Below, piece after piece: positions 36,621-49,590 of a stretch of 64,000 bases of DNA (the first letter of the stretch is position 1; every line of letters starts with the position of its first letter). The DNA comes from Dimorphilus gyrociliatus (lineage: Eukaryota > Animalia > Annelida), in contig CAJFCJ010000002.1 in assembly GCA_904063045.1 (NCBI GenBank), positions 3,839,891-3,903,890 on the forward strand, given 5' to 3'. Position numbers and translations under genes: made by a program. A model generated the notes under the pieces. It saw only the letters and a program-made list of their open reading frames with translations. It made no database searches and was not told the origin of the DNA.

Positions 36621-38628
36621 TTATTTCGATAATAAGCTATATCTTTCAATATCCTTTGATTTTCTTGAGGAAGATTTTCTCTGTTCATTCTTTCTTATTG
36701 CTCTTCCAAGTTTTTTCCAGATAATTTGCATTTTCCTATCGAATTTCATTTGTTCTTCGTAGTTACTCAAATCTTTCTTATATATTTTCATTAATTCATT
36801 TCGTAATCTATCAGTCTCCTCTGGTCCCAAAATTTCTCTTCTTATAGTTAAAAGTTTACTATGATGATCCAATCTATTAAATTTATAAAATGAATGTACA
36901 ACATACATTAAAATTTATGTTACAGAATTTCCCTCACAAATTAAACGTATCATTCTGGATGTTATCGAATAAATTACTCTCCGATTTGCTCATCTTCTCC
37001 GTTTTCAAAGGATCGCGAACCTTAGCATCGCAATGTTGAATTAAATGATGAATAAACGATCCTATTACGTATAATATAGTTATGAAGGTTAAGGTAATCG
37101 GTATGGTAAAATATTGGAAATCCTCTCCGGAGAGGTAAGATGTTATAAAATTATTGGATTGTTTATTATTAGTAATTATGTTTGATTTTTTAGTTGCATA
37201 TTTATATATTTTCCATTTTTCTTTGGCAGCTGTAAAAAGAAACAATTTACATCTTCCTTTAATCAACAAATCTAACGTTCTTTAACACTACAATAAAACC
37301 TCTTAAATAACTTATCTTAGATTAATTAAATAATTAACTGGCTTTATTATCTGATTATTTTAATCAAATAAAATATAAAACTACATTTAGCCTAACCATT
37401 TTTTAAATTATAAACTGAGGTAGTTGACTTGAAGATGGCGTTTCTCTTTTGTCTATTAAGTACAATTCGCTTCTTTAGCCATCTTAATGTTCTACTTGAA
37501 GTTTTTTCATCATCTCTGAAACATTGCCTCTTCGACTTGGAACCATTAGAAATAGTAGTTTCACCTTGATCGCAGTCAATACATTTTAATTTACGAGACT
37601 CACTTTGAAAACTTCCTTTTGGACAAGATATACAAATTTCTTTTTCAGAACTCCAAAATGATCCACGATTGCATGGATAGCAAACTGGGAAAAGGAATGT
37701 CGACCAAAACACTTTCTCATATCCAGGCCAACATTCGTAAATTAATTGATGAATTCTATCACTGTGTATTGTCTGTTTTCCAATAGAAAAAACTTTACTA
37801 ATAACGGTACGCATTGCATATTCAATTAACGGCTTGTCTTTATCACCCATTCTCATAATATTTTTATTGGATAAGCAAACTTCTTTATTCCAACTATTTA
37901 AGCAATACTGTTCATTTTCTTGCAAGAGTAATGGTTTCCATTTAACCTAAAACATCTGTTGCAATTATAAATGGCAAGATAATGATAAATAGTCATAATT
38001 ACAGTTGTAATAATATTTCTATCTTTATTAATTTTAATGCATCTTAGATATATGGTAAAATACGTTTTCGTACAATTCTCTGATCCAATTATTCTACATA
38101 TCATTTGCTAAATTATATATCAACTTATAACGTTTAAATATACTTGCTTCGACTTTCATTTACCTTAATATTTCGTAATCTCTCATTAACTACCTCACAA
38201 TTATATTCCGATTTAAAGGAGAAAACAATTTGCATAAATCTAACTGGAAATATAGCTAATTTTATAATATATCTGGAATAATATATTACAGAATGGCCAT
38301 CGCGAACGCCAGTTATTGAACACGCATATGTGCCAGTATCTTCCTCTGAATTAATCTTTATGTGTAGTTCTTCTTTATTATCGGCTTTGAAATAACGTTT
38401 TCCGTTAAAAAACCAATGAATAACAAATCGAAAACCTAACTCGTAAATTTGTTCCAAAGAGATACATTTCAATATCTTTTCCGTGTTTTTTAATGTGTAA
38501 TAGATCGTTGATGATTCAATATTGTTATCTCTATTGAGATTTGTACTATTTATCCATAAAGTATGACAATAAATAACTTCTAAAAGGATATTACTGAATA
38601 AGAATAACTTGATTAAAATTATAAACAT
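36621..38628 (-). CDS. Uncharacterised type I membrane protein: signal peptide, Ig domain, ZPBP-like region, GCC2/GCC3 Cys-rich repeat, TM, basic coiled-coil tail
   Basis: MFIILIKLFLFSNILLEVIYC signal; ILKC..IHWFFNG..EDTGTYACSI Ig; CWPGY..CYPCNRGSF..CISCPKGSFQSESRKLKCIDCDQGETT..GSKSKRQC; TM FTIPITLTFITILYVIGSFI. Five exons join in frame. Confidence 0.72.
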
Positions 38629-38847
38629 GTTCAATAAATTGAATAATTTCGATATAAACAAAATAGAACAATTAGTAAAATTTTCAAAAATTGAATGTAT
38701 TTTCTAAATAGAGTTCATATATACAGATTTTTTTTTTGAAAAAACAAAACTTTCAAGAATTCAAACGAAATTGTTTTTTTTTTAAAAGAGAATAAATGCA
38801 AAGGAGAAATTAATATCACACGGTCGGTAAAATTCATTCATCTACTT

Positions 38848-39923
38848 TTAGCTGATAGAACAGCCACCAGGTGAGTCCACTTCTTCTTCATCGAAAATAT
38901 CATCTTCCTCTAACTTTGGCAAATTGTCAAGTATTAGTAGAGATGGAATATCTCGGAATATCCTAGATATAGATTATAATTAAATATAATCTGTTAGAGT
39001 TTTTATCAACTTACTTTTGTCTGTAGTTGGAAATAGCTACAACAACAGGATTTCCAGGTTTCATAATCAGAGACTTCAAATTGGTATATTTAGCCAAAAC
39101 TTTGATATCACTTAAAGTTCTGATATAGTTATGAGATAAATCCAGATGGGTAATTTTTGGAAATTTTGGAAGATTCTATTTTAAAAAATAAATGAATTAT
39201 TTCTTTAGAATTGATATCATTTCTTTGAAAAACACAAAATCAAAATTACCTTGAAGCAAGGTATATGATTTCTACTTAAAGTCAAACTTTCACATTCAGG
39301 GAATGTAACAGTTTTCAGATCTACTAAATCATCTTCAAGTAGACAAATATCTTTTGCGGAAGTAAGTCGTCTTAATACTCGTTTGAAATTTTCTTTTTGA
39401 AAAGGCTGAGCCAAATCTTGATAGGAGAGATTAGCAACTGTTAAATTTTCCCAACTTTCAGTTGAATCTCTATAATCTAGCCTGTCCTTTCCTCTTCGAT
39501 TATGGTGAATAAATTTATTATTACTTGAATCTTTAATACGATAAAAGTATTTTTCCTTCTCGGGTGGACCTTCCCGAATTCTTGGCGCTTTGAGCTCGTG
39601 GCCCTTAATCGATGTTGAATTTAAGTCATGCCAAACAGAATACCGATAACGATGGGAAGGAAGCTTCATAAGGTGGGAAATAATATCAAGAATACGTTTA
39701 TTAAAAAAACAGTGAAAATAGGCCTATATCTTAAAATACTTTGGGTAATTGCTTTTTCTCAGTTTTGTTGTCCTCCTCTGAGCTTAATAACAATGGTCCG
39801 CCAGATAGTTGTGATGAATCACCATTATCCGTTAGTGTAGGAGTTAATCTATTGATTATTTAATGTAACTATTAATCAATGTAATGAATGAAGAAAATTA
39901 TTAAAGGCAAACCTATCTGTCAT
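38848..39923 (-). CDS. Leucine-rich-repeat protein (U2A'/ANP32-type LRRs with LRRcap), C-terminal CaaX
   Basis: LTLSRNHI, LPKFPKITHLDLSHNYIRTLSDI, GNPV..YRQKIFRDIPSLLILD; ends GGCSIS*. Confidence 0.75.
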
Positions 39924-40564
39924 GATTGTTGCCAAGGACGCTGATTATAAATAGACTTTCGAGATTTTTTATCGGAAGATTTCTACTTGAGGAAGTTGAC
40001 TTCCGTATTGCTAAATTAGTAAAAAGTCTTACGAGATTCTGATTCTATTCTCTAAGTTGAGGCAATTCGTGCAAAAAATATATATAAAATATGTATAAAT
40101 TTACATAAAATAACAATCATTCACTACTTAATCGTTTATTGATCAAATATTCATATATATACAAAGGGGGAGGGGAGCCGAAGAAATTCAAATTGTAGCC
40201 TATGCCCCTCCAGGCTAGGAAATGATGGATAGTATGTAAAGTGTAAATTGTTTCTATTATCTTGGTGAAAGCTGATCATTAGTCTTAAAGTGATGGAAAT
40301 ATATTCAAATATAATAGAAAATGCCTCGCAAATTGAAAATTCCTTATTGCAATACATCAAATAAAAAAGAAGGAGTTGTTCAAATAACTTTTTCAAATAA
40401 ACTTTTGTCGACTGATGATAAAGGAGATAAAAGATAGTATTCTTTAAAGATTCTAACTAAAACCTAAATATTTATGAGTAATTTTATTTTTATCTATTCG
40501 CTGCCTGAACTCGTTATCAGATTCCCATAACAACAGCTATTTTATCTTATATACTATAGAAAAG

Positions 40565-41254
40565 ATGGCTGCTACCGCAAGACAGGAACGAGAATTGAAA
40601 GAAAAGTATCAAAAACAGTTAAATAAAGGCTCTTTATCGCCGCTAGAAATGCTTAGAGCCTATGCTCTTTCTCAAGGTGTAAGAGGTATTAAAACACTAG
40701 CTACATGCTTTAAAAGAATAGACAAAAATGGAGATAGACGATTAGACTTTAGAGAATTTCAACAAGGCCTAAGACAGGATGGAATTATTGTAGAAGAGAG
40801 TATAGAAAGAGAATGTTTTGATGAAATAGATACAGATAAAACTGGTGAATTGAGTTTTGATGAATTTCTTGTGGCCTTAAGGGTAAAAAACTTTTTATTT
40901 TTCATCTTTTCTTCGATTAAAATAAAAAAATTACTGTTGCAGCCTCCAATGTCTAATAGTAGATTGAAATTAATCAATATGGCTTTTAATAAATTCGATA
41001 AGAATGGAGATGGAGTGGTTGATTTTACCGATTTGAAAGGCGTTTATAGTGCCAGAATGCACCCAAAGTATAGAAGCGGAGAATGGAGCGAAGAGAGAGT
41101 TTTCCAAGAATTCCTCAATTCTTTTAACGGACCTCTAAAAAATGATGGAGTTGTAACCAGAGAAGACTTTGATAATTATTATGCTGGTGTTAGTGCGTCA
41201 ATTGATAGCGACGTTTATTTCGATTTAATGATGAGACAAGCTTGGAAACTATAG
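40565..41254 (+). CDS. CAPSL: Calcyphosin-like EF-hand protein (one 60-nt intron, 40883-40942)
   Basis: DKNGDRRLDFREF, DTDKTGELSFDEF, DKNGDGVVDFTD, HPKY, EDFDNYYAGVSASIDSDVYFDLMMRQAWKL. Confidence 0.9.
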   Translation: MAATARQERELKEKYQKQLNKGSLSPLEMLRAYALSQGVRGIKTLATCFKRIDKNGDRRLDFREFQQGLRQDGIIVEESIERECFDEIDTDKTGELSFDEFLVALRVKNFLFFIFSSIKIKKLLLQPPMSNSRLKLINMAFNKFDKNGDGVVDFTDLKGVYSARMHPKYRSGEWSEERVFQEFLNSFNGPLKNDGVVTREDFDNYYAGVSASIDSDVYFDLMMRQAWKL

Positions 41255-41458
41255 ATTTTTTTTTGGTTTACCTTTTACCATTTCATTTAAATATTCATCC
41301 AAATAAAATAGTCTAGAAACCTTACTCCATAATCATTTAAAAGTTTGAAGATTAAGTTGATTATGCAGATTAGGTAATATTGAAAACAAAAAACAGGGTA
41401 GAAGATATGAAGCACAACAAAACTGTCCTCTTTTTATACATTAAATATTTAATAAACT

Positions 41459-44400
41459 TTAGTTTTTTGACTGAAAAACTTGCCAAACTATTAAATTACT
41501 TTTGTCATGCTTTGAATTTTCACTTTCTAAACTCTCTTCCAATCTAAAATCAACGTATCCTTCGCCACCTGACAAAACCAATTCGTTCTTTTTCGCTCTT
41601 CTTCCAGGACTGGATGACGATGCTGCACTTAAACCACTAACTTTTTGACCTAGTAATATAAATTATTAATATATTTTATTTTCTATGGGAATTCTAAAGA
41701 TATTTACCAGGAACACTAATAAAAAATATTACTCTATCTCGATGTCCATGGAAACTAACTTGAGCTTGGGCCATAGTGCAATATGGAATGAAAGATGCTG
41801 GCGAGAGTTTATCAGTTTGCGGATCTCCGTAAACTCTAATGACCCCTCCGGGTGTCCCTCGAGAACTTCCGCTAGTGATAACTTTACGTTGTTGCTGTTG
41901 ACTAGAAATAGGGATGGAAACAATTACACCATTTCCTGTACCAACCCAAAGTCTTTGACTTGCAAGAAGTAAAGATGTTACTCTTACAAAAGAAAACCCA
42001 AGTCTACCGCTACCAAGCATCATTTCTACATAGGGCTCCATGTCTATATCTTGTAGATGCTGATGGGTATGAGAATGAAACAATCGAAGAGTAGAGTCTA
42101 ATCTGATGGAAATCCAAACACCATCTCCTAAATGAGCCATTTGTCTTACTTGACTTTCTCTTCTAGGGTGAACTTCGAAAGTGTTCAGAACTTCCAAAGT
42201 GTTCGAATCAACAACCAGCACCTTATTTTTATATCCGCACCAAACATGCCTTCCAGCATTAACAACAACCAAGCACCTAACTGCACAATGTGGTTTACCG
42301 ACATCTAAAAGATGATATTCTTTCATATTCCATTGTCCATCTTCTGTCCTATGAAAAACAGCCACTGTCCCATCAGCCAAAGCTATAAAAGCTCTTCCTC
42401 TGACATAGGCAATTTGAACAACAGCGTCTGGTAATTTTACTGAATGAATACGTTTGTGCCAATTCTTAATAGAAGAATGAACATAAACATTCCCATTAGA
42501 AAAGCCCAACCACATTGTTGGCAGAAGACTACTTAACTTTTCTGCCTCACTCTCCGCTAAATTCCAACCATAATCGTCCTCTTTACAAAATTCTCGCGTT
42601 GCATCATATTTAGGTCCATGTGTAGGACTCATTTCAATACTTGAAGTTGAAGCTGTCATCTCTCTACTCAAAGAAGGCTCTTTTTCTTCTAAATAAGAAA
42701 AGTACCATTTTATAGTTTAGTTAATAAGACAGTTTTTCTAGTAAAGGAGCAATTACAGTGACTAAACTAATTTTTTTCAATTAAACATTAAATACTAAGA
42801 AAGAAAAAGAGTTATATCACTGAATTTTACTCCCAAAATCATTGCTAGATTCTACCTTTATATACAGAAAGAGCATGTATCGCTCGTTTTACCGCAGCCA
42901 CACTGGCTTGTATTTCAGAAGAATTAGGAGCAGAATCTGTGCAAGACCAACAAGATGCAACATAACAACATCATGCACTATAACTTTAATTATTAAAAAA
43001 AAGCTTAGTAGGAAACTTGACAGTTTCGAATAAAGTCAAAAATTAAATAGACTACGATTGATTCATGGGCATGCTATATGTGCAAACCAAAGGTTAACTA
43101 TAAAAGAAAACATTGATTGATTAATTATCTAGTTACAAAATTTAAAGCTAGGTGATTAAAATTTAAAGTTAAAAACTATCTTAATTACAAACCGGCAGGT
43201 GGATTGGATTGGTCTTGTTCTTGTTCTTGTTCACCTTCATCATTAGTTTCTTTTTGTCCAGTAGCACAATGAACAAATGTAATATTACCAATTTTGGGTT
43301 CAGTATTTGGTTTAGTAGCCGAAGGTGTAGGGGATGCAGAGCTTTTAGCAGGTAATTTATCAGCAGTTAGATTCACTTTAATATTATCAATTGAGGAGTA
43401 GTCAGTTTTTAAGGTTCCTGTTCAAAAGGTAAATGTTTAAAATTCATTTAAGAAGATAAATATAAAGATATTACCTGGAACGCTTGTCATACAAATTATT
43501 TGAGATTTTTGACTACATGTGAAAGTCTGGATTGTCTCTGATGGTTTGTTAGCGTCAATTACTTTGACTTTGCTTTCTTTTCCATTATAGGTTGCAATCC
43601 AAACGAGGGATGAGAGTCTTTCTTCTATTGCAGTATATTCATCATAATCTTTAAGCTCCTTATTAATTTTTTCTAACTCTTCGTTGTCTTTATTCTCGTT
43701 CTTCTTATCATTATTTCCTTGGCTATCTCTCTTCTCTGTTTCTTCTTTGCCCTCGGTTTTCTCACCAGAATAAAATATACTTGCTCCAACAATACATCCA
43801 CCATCTCTTGTTTTCCCTCCTCCGAGCTTCACAGCCGCCGCACAAGATACTTTCATTGCTGAGTCATCATCAATGAGACTCCCATAATGAATAGGATAGG
43901 GAACTGAAACCTGAGAATTATTTTGGCCTCCTTTAGTAGTTAGATCTTTAGCAGTAACCTTGTTTGAAAGAGACCAACCATAGGCTTGTATTCTACCATC
44001 ATCTTTCTTTGCGTAGCTTCTTAGTCGTTTAGAGTGTTCTTTTTGTTTTTTAGCTACATCTTCTTCCTGAAGAAAGTCGAAAGCTTTAGCTTTATTACCC
44101 AATGATTCTTCCATTAATTCTCGCTCTTCTTTATTCGGATCACCAACTGGCTTAACAGAGGATGAGGGGGCAGAGAAACGAATTGAAGCGGAAGGTAAAA
44201 TTGCTTTTTTATTTTGAGCTTTAGACGAAAACATAGAACTGAATCTGAAATGTAAAAGATATTTATTTATAAACAAATGAAAAGATAAGAAAAATAGAAT
44301 ATCCCCATTCCTTTGATTTCTTTCAGAAATTTAATCGTTTTTAATCGAACGAAAACAAAAGTAAATAGTCATATGTTATTTATTCATGTTTCTCGAAAAA

Positions 44401-47400
44401 CAATAATTCAACTAAAGATCAGAAAGTTTTATTCTTCATTAAATAATTATAGAATCTTGAATAACAAATAGATTCATGCACAAGGAATTAAAGACTTTTG
44501 CTATAAACCAGGTTCTTTCAGTCATTTTTAAACAGCGACGCTTATTAAATCAAGAAAAATCGTTTTTTTACCATGATTCTCATTTTAGCAGTCATATATA
44601 GAGAGATTGGATTATTTTCATGCATTAATTAATTATATCCTTGAATTTAAAGATGATATATTTTAATATATAAATATATACATGTATATAAATATGTATG
44701 AGGACATATACTGTCTATAAGTAGATATGTAGATATTTATAGACAAGTCTCTTTTCAAGTGAAAACTAAAAAAAATGGCATCTAGATGTTTCATATGGCA
44801 ATATTTTTAAGGTATTTTAGGTATTAATATCAAAGCAAGATTTGGGAAAAGCGACAAAATGATAATATGGCAGTTAAATCAAGCCACCATTTTAACAGGA
44901 AATCAAATTTCATATTTTCCTCTAAGGAAACATAAACCCCTCTCCAGATGAATTGCAACAATAACAACAAGAAAGATCAATTGAAATTTCTCATATAATA
45001 AACAATATAAATAAACAAAAAACACTTGACATTCAAGCATTTTTCAACCTTTTTATCTGTAACTTTAATAACTTTACAGAATTAAATCACTTTTTCGCAG
45101 ATCTCTTCGTAACTTCAGGAGTTTTAACATCCTTATTCGGTTTTGTAGGGTTTCCCAATAAATGGTCGAAACTGATTATTAATACAATATGAAAGCACTA
45201 CCAATTAAGTCTTATTCCATCCCTTAAACAACAACTATTATTATATTTTCCCTATGAAATCTAGTGGTTACATTACTTGATCAAAATAGCAACAAATATA
45301 AAAGATTTTGCTAATAAAACTATTGGAAAATTGAGTTGCTTTTGTTATCCCGAGAATTCCTTAGATTCCCAAGGAAATTATTATAAATTCCAATTTATAC
45401 TTACATATGCCAAAGTCCACTACGTTTCTCCTGGGATTGCTTATTTCCTGCTAATTCGGGGTGCTCCTTAGAAGCTCTTAGCATTTCAGTCCATCTAACG
45501 GCCTCTTGTAATTCCATTAAACGTTCTTTGTACTGATTTCTTTCAGTAAGTACACGAGCCATTTCAACTCTGGTAAATCGCTTCCGCTGACCAGTAGGAA
45601 GCTCTTCTTCCTGTTTATAAAAATAGATTTATTTCAATTATGAATTAAATCAATGGAAGTTAATAAAGCTATACTTTATCCTCCGCATTAGACGTTTTTA
45701 ACTTTTCAATTTCTTCCCTTGATTTCTTAACTTCTCCCTCCAATTCAGAAACTCTCTTGTTTAATTTCTCCTTCACATTTTGTAAAGAATTGATTTCCTC
45801 TCTCAAAATTTCTTGTTCACTAAAAAGTTATAATAGATAATGTAGGAGAATAAATACTTGAACAAACAAAAAGTTTCTCATGATTTAAACGTTTCGCGAC
45901 TACACAGCTATTTTAAGTATAATCTTTAACCTTCGTTTTCTTTATTTTCTTTTTTAAAAAAAAACCTGATCTACCTCCTGAATAACATAGGTATATAATC
46001 TTCATCTTCATCTAGATCAGAGATAATATTCTCTCTAGGAGAAGGAAATTTAAATTATGCATATAAAAGAATAAATTCTTTTTTCATGCATTGAAAATTT
46101 GATTTGATTAGTAAAATTCAAAATCAAAAGGGAAAAAGTTTTTATTTTAGTAATAATAATTATTATTTATAAATATTAAATTTCCTTCGTTTTAGTAAAA
46201 TTCAAGGTAGAAGCACAAGAATATTTTAATATAACACACCTTGTTAATTCGTCCACTTTTGCAATCAGGTCATCTTTCACAACATTCAATGCGTTTCTGT
46301 AGTTTAATAGAAAGAAAGTTTGCAAATCATGCATTATAGTTAAAATATAGGATTTGGAATAAAGATAAAGCAACAAAACAACCAAAAGTTAAGTTAATAA
46401 GTTATAAGTAATAATGATAATATTAATAAATGTATGCAAACTTGGTTGTAAGGAGTTCAGTATTTTCCAAAATTAAATTTTCAACTTCTTTTCCCATTCC
46501 TGTAGAATATTTAAAATGCAAAACATTATAAACATTTAATGCTTAATTTTATGGAAATTAGTTAAAAGCTAATTAAATAAAAAGAACAAAACAGACTCTT
46601 CCTTTTTCCTCTTTTTTTCTTTCTTTCTCTCTCTATTACTATCTTTTTTGTTAATGTAATAAAAAGAAAAAGCCCGTTTTCGTTTTGTTTTTTAGAGCGT
46701 TTTTCCCTATTTTTTATATAATAGTTAAAAAAAGTTAACATAGGAAATACCAAAAGCTACAATAAAGAGTAAGTTAAAGCTACTTTCTTACCGTAGAAAG
46801 TGTCACTGACTGCGTTATGGATAAGCATGGTTCACAAAAAATACAGAGATAAATAAAATGAAATAAAGGTTCACTTATTTTCTTTTTTGCTATTAACTAG
46901 AAAGATGAATAAGTAACCAAAAGTGAAAGGAAAGCAACAACTTTGACTTTTTAAAGTATGGATGAATATGGAATAATAACAATTAAAAATTTGTGAAAAT
47001 AAGAACATTAAAACAATGATTAAATAAGCTTAGAATAAAAGAGTACATCTACTACTAGGAATTTTTCTCTCTTGTCAATTATAATATCATATGGATAGGA
47101 TAAATGTTAGATTTATAAGAGATATTAGAAAATTCCTGGTAATCTCCTGTCTTTTTTATAAAAGTAAAAAAATATTGAATCTATCTTCTATTACAACATT
47201 TTATACTAAGAAACACACCGGAAGAAGCGTAATCGCCTGGACTAATCAATCTTTGAGCTTTTAAATGGAAAGATGAAAGATATCAATGACAATCTTTTGG
47301 TAACATAAAATTTTTATGATTATTCTTTACGATTTCAAATATAAGATAGAGAAATCGGTTTACGATAAAGCTGCAATATTTCTATTTATTTCGGATAGGA

Positions 47401-49137
47401 AGAATGTTACCTGCAATGTCGATATTTTCTTCATCAACTTTTGGACTAGCGTGTACAACTTCTTCATAACCAACATTCGATGTTTGTAATCTAAATAGAG
47501 AAATAATAACAAACAGATATTAATACATTCGAAAACACAAGTATAAAAATGACAAAAGTAGCAAATTATCTCAAAAAATGAGTACAAACTTGTGTTTGCC
47601 TGATTGAATATCAATGTTTTCAGGTGATGGTAAATCGTCCCCTAAAAGTAGATTGATTTATTCAATTTTTGCTCAAAAGAAGTGAAAGAAAAAGAAAGAG
47701 AAAAAGAAATGTTTGTTTCTCTTTTCATTTTACCAGACAATAAAACATCAGAGGAAACAAGAACATGCATTTCATCGTTAGACTTAAGCAATTCAAACTT
47801 CTTGATAATTTCAGTAGAATCATTTTTCTCACTAAAACTTTCATCATTTCCTGATAGTCTATCTTTTTCGTATGCTGAAATATAAACTAAAAAATAAAAC
47901 AACTAACAGATAAGAGGGAACAACCAAATATTTGCATTTTTGTTACGTCATTCGTGTATCAATACGAATCTAGATCGTGCATTGAAAACTAATTGATCAA
48001 CTAGGAAGTTAGTGATTTAAAAAAAAAACCATAACCATAAAATAAGAATTAATGTATCTGGATCTGAATAAATCATGTTTATTTAACTTACATTCGCAGT
48101 CAATAGGTTGTTTACTATCGTTTGCAATAGGCTCCTTTTCTGTTTCTTCAGTCTCAGATTTTTCAACATTCTAAGTATTTAATCCGTTTAAAAATAGAGG
48201 TATTAAGAAATTACAACACTTAATGCTAACTTGCATTTCATTATGCAAACTTGTTATAGGTTTTGTCCTTTCTAAAGGGGTTATGGAGCCAGGATATCCG
48301 TCAGGGGTTTTACCAACATCAGAACCGGCAGGTAAATCAGTGCTGTATAATCCTAATTGTGCATTTACCGGTCTAAGTTGTGGTAGAGTCATTTGGCTTC
48401 TGAAATTTTATGCAAATAAAAATGAATATTTATTTATTTAAATGCGTTAACTGACTTTTTAACTGTTATCGATGAATCGACGATTCTATCACCAGTCATT
48501 AGAAATTTGGTTTTTTCCATATATTCCATATGAGTTTTGAATAGTTCTGTGTATCTGTCATGTAGTTTTGAATATTCCTTCTTTAATTCAGATTCTTTAT
48601 CTTCTAATCTCATCACTGTTTTGAACATTTTTGAAAATATATTCTTTATTTGGAATATTATTAGCAAAATAGAGATAAATCTTAAAGATAAATTCAGTAT
48701 ATAATATCATACGAACCATGATCTTGAACATTTTTTGCTTTTAGTTCAAGCATTCTAACATTAGATTCCAAAGTCTCTACCTTATCATCCATCTCTTTTC
48801 TTTCATCTTCAAAATTATCTTCTAATTCTAACTGCTTTTGCTCTACAGTCTTCCTTAGTTGTTTCTCCCTTTCGTATTGGGTTAATAACTGTTCATTATC
48901 TTCTTTATAGAGCTCTAAATCGACTTCTTGCTCTTGCTTTTCTGTGTAAGCATTATCAAGACTTTCAAGTATGCCGACTACCAACGGCATCAAAGATTGA
49001 ACAACGTCTTCATCATATTTTGTTATCATTTTCTCAAATTCCTTGTAAACGGTTGAGGCAAGGGTTCGTACCCTCTCGGACATGACGTGAGCATCGCTGT
49101 CAGTCAGATATACTGTTTCTTCTGAATCTTTCTCCAT
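41459..49137 (-). CDS. MAPK8IP3: JNK-interacting protein 3/4 (Sunday driver), multi-exon
   Basis: RH1 [22 protein letters not shown]; [17 protein letters not shown]; RH2 [13 protein letters not shown]; WD40-like [26 protein letters not shown]. Confidence 0.95.
46792..46809 (-). other. 18-nt microexon of JIP3 (V-SDTFY-G)
   Basis: ..ataacgcag|tcagtgacactttctacg|gtaag; it restores the F[10 protein letters not shown] context of JIP3/4. Confidence 0.7.
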
Positions 49138-49590
49138 TTATAATCCTAATCAACAATCAATGTTTATGAATATTTTAACTAACAAAATTTATGTATTATG
49201 CTGAATTATGAACTAATGAATTCGTTAGATTCCTGTTAAATCACAGTTTTCATCCTTCAATCTAATATTTTTTTTACATTTGTGTCATGTAGGTGGCGCT
49301 GTCCGTTTCTACCATTTTAAAATATCGAATCTTTTACTTTTGGCGGTAAATACAAATCTCACTTATGAAATGATAAGTATTTGAAGAAAAACAAGTTATA
49401 TCCTATAATACAGTAATTTTAATTTTATTGCTAGATATGGATTAATTGTTATACACGACAAAGAACAAGCTTGATTAGTCTTCATTGATAAACACACTCT
49501 AGTGAAATGGATTATTAAATATCGATACTAGTGAAATATTTTGAGGACATAGTTCCAGACTTTTAGCAAATAAGATACGTTTATCTATGT

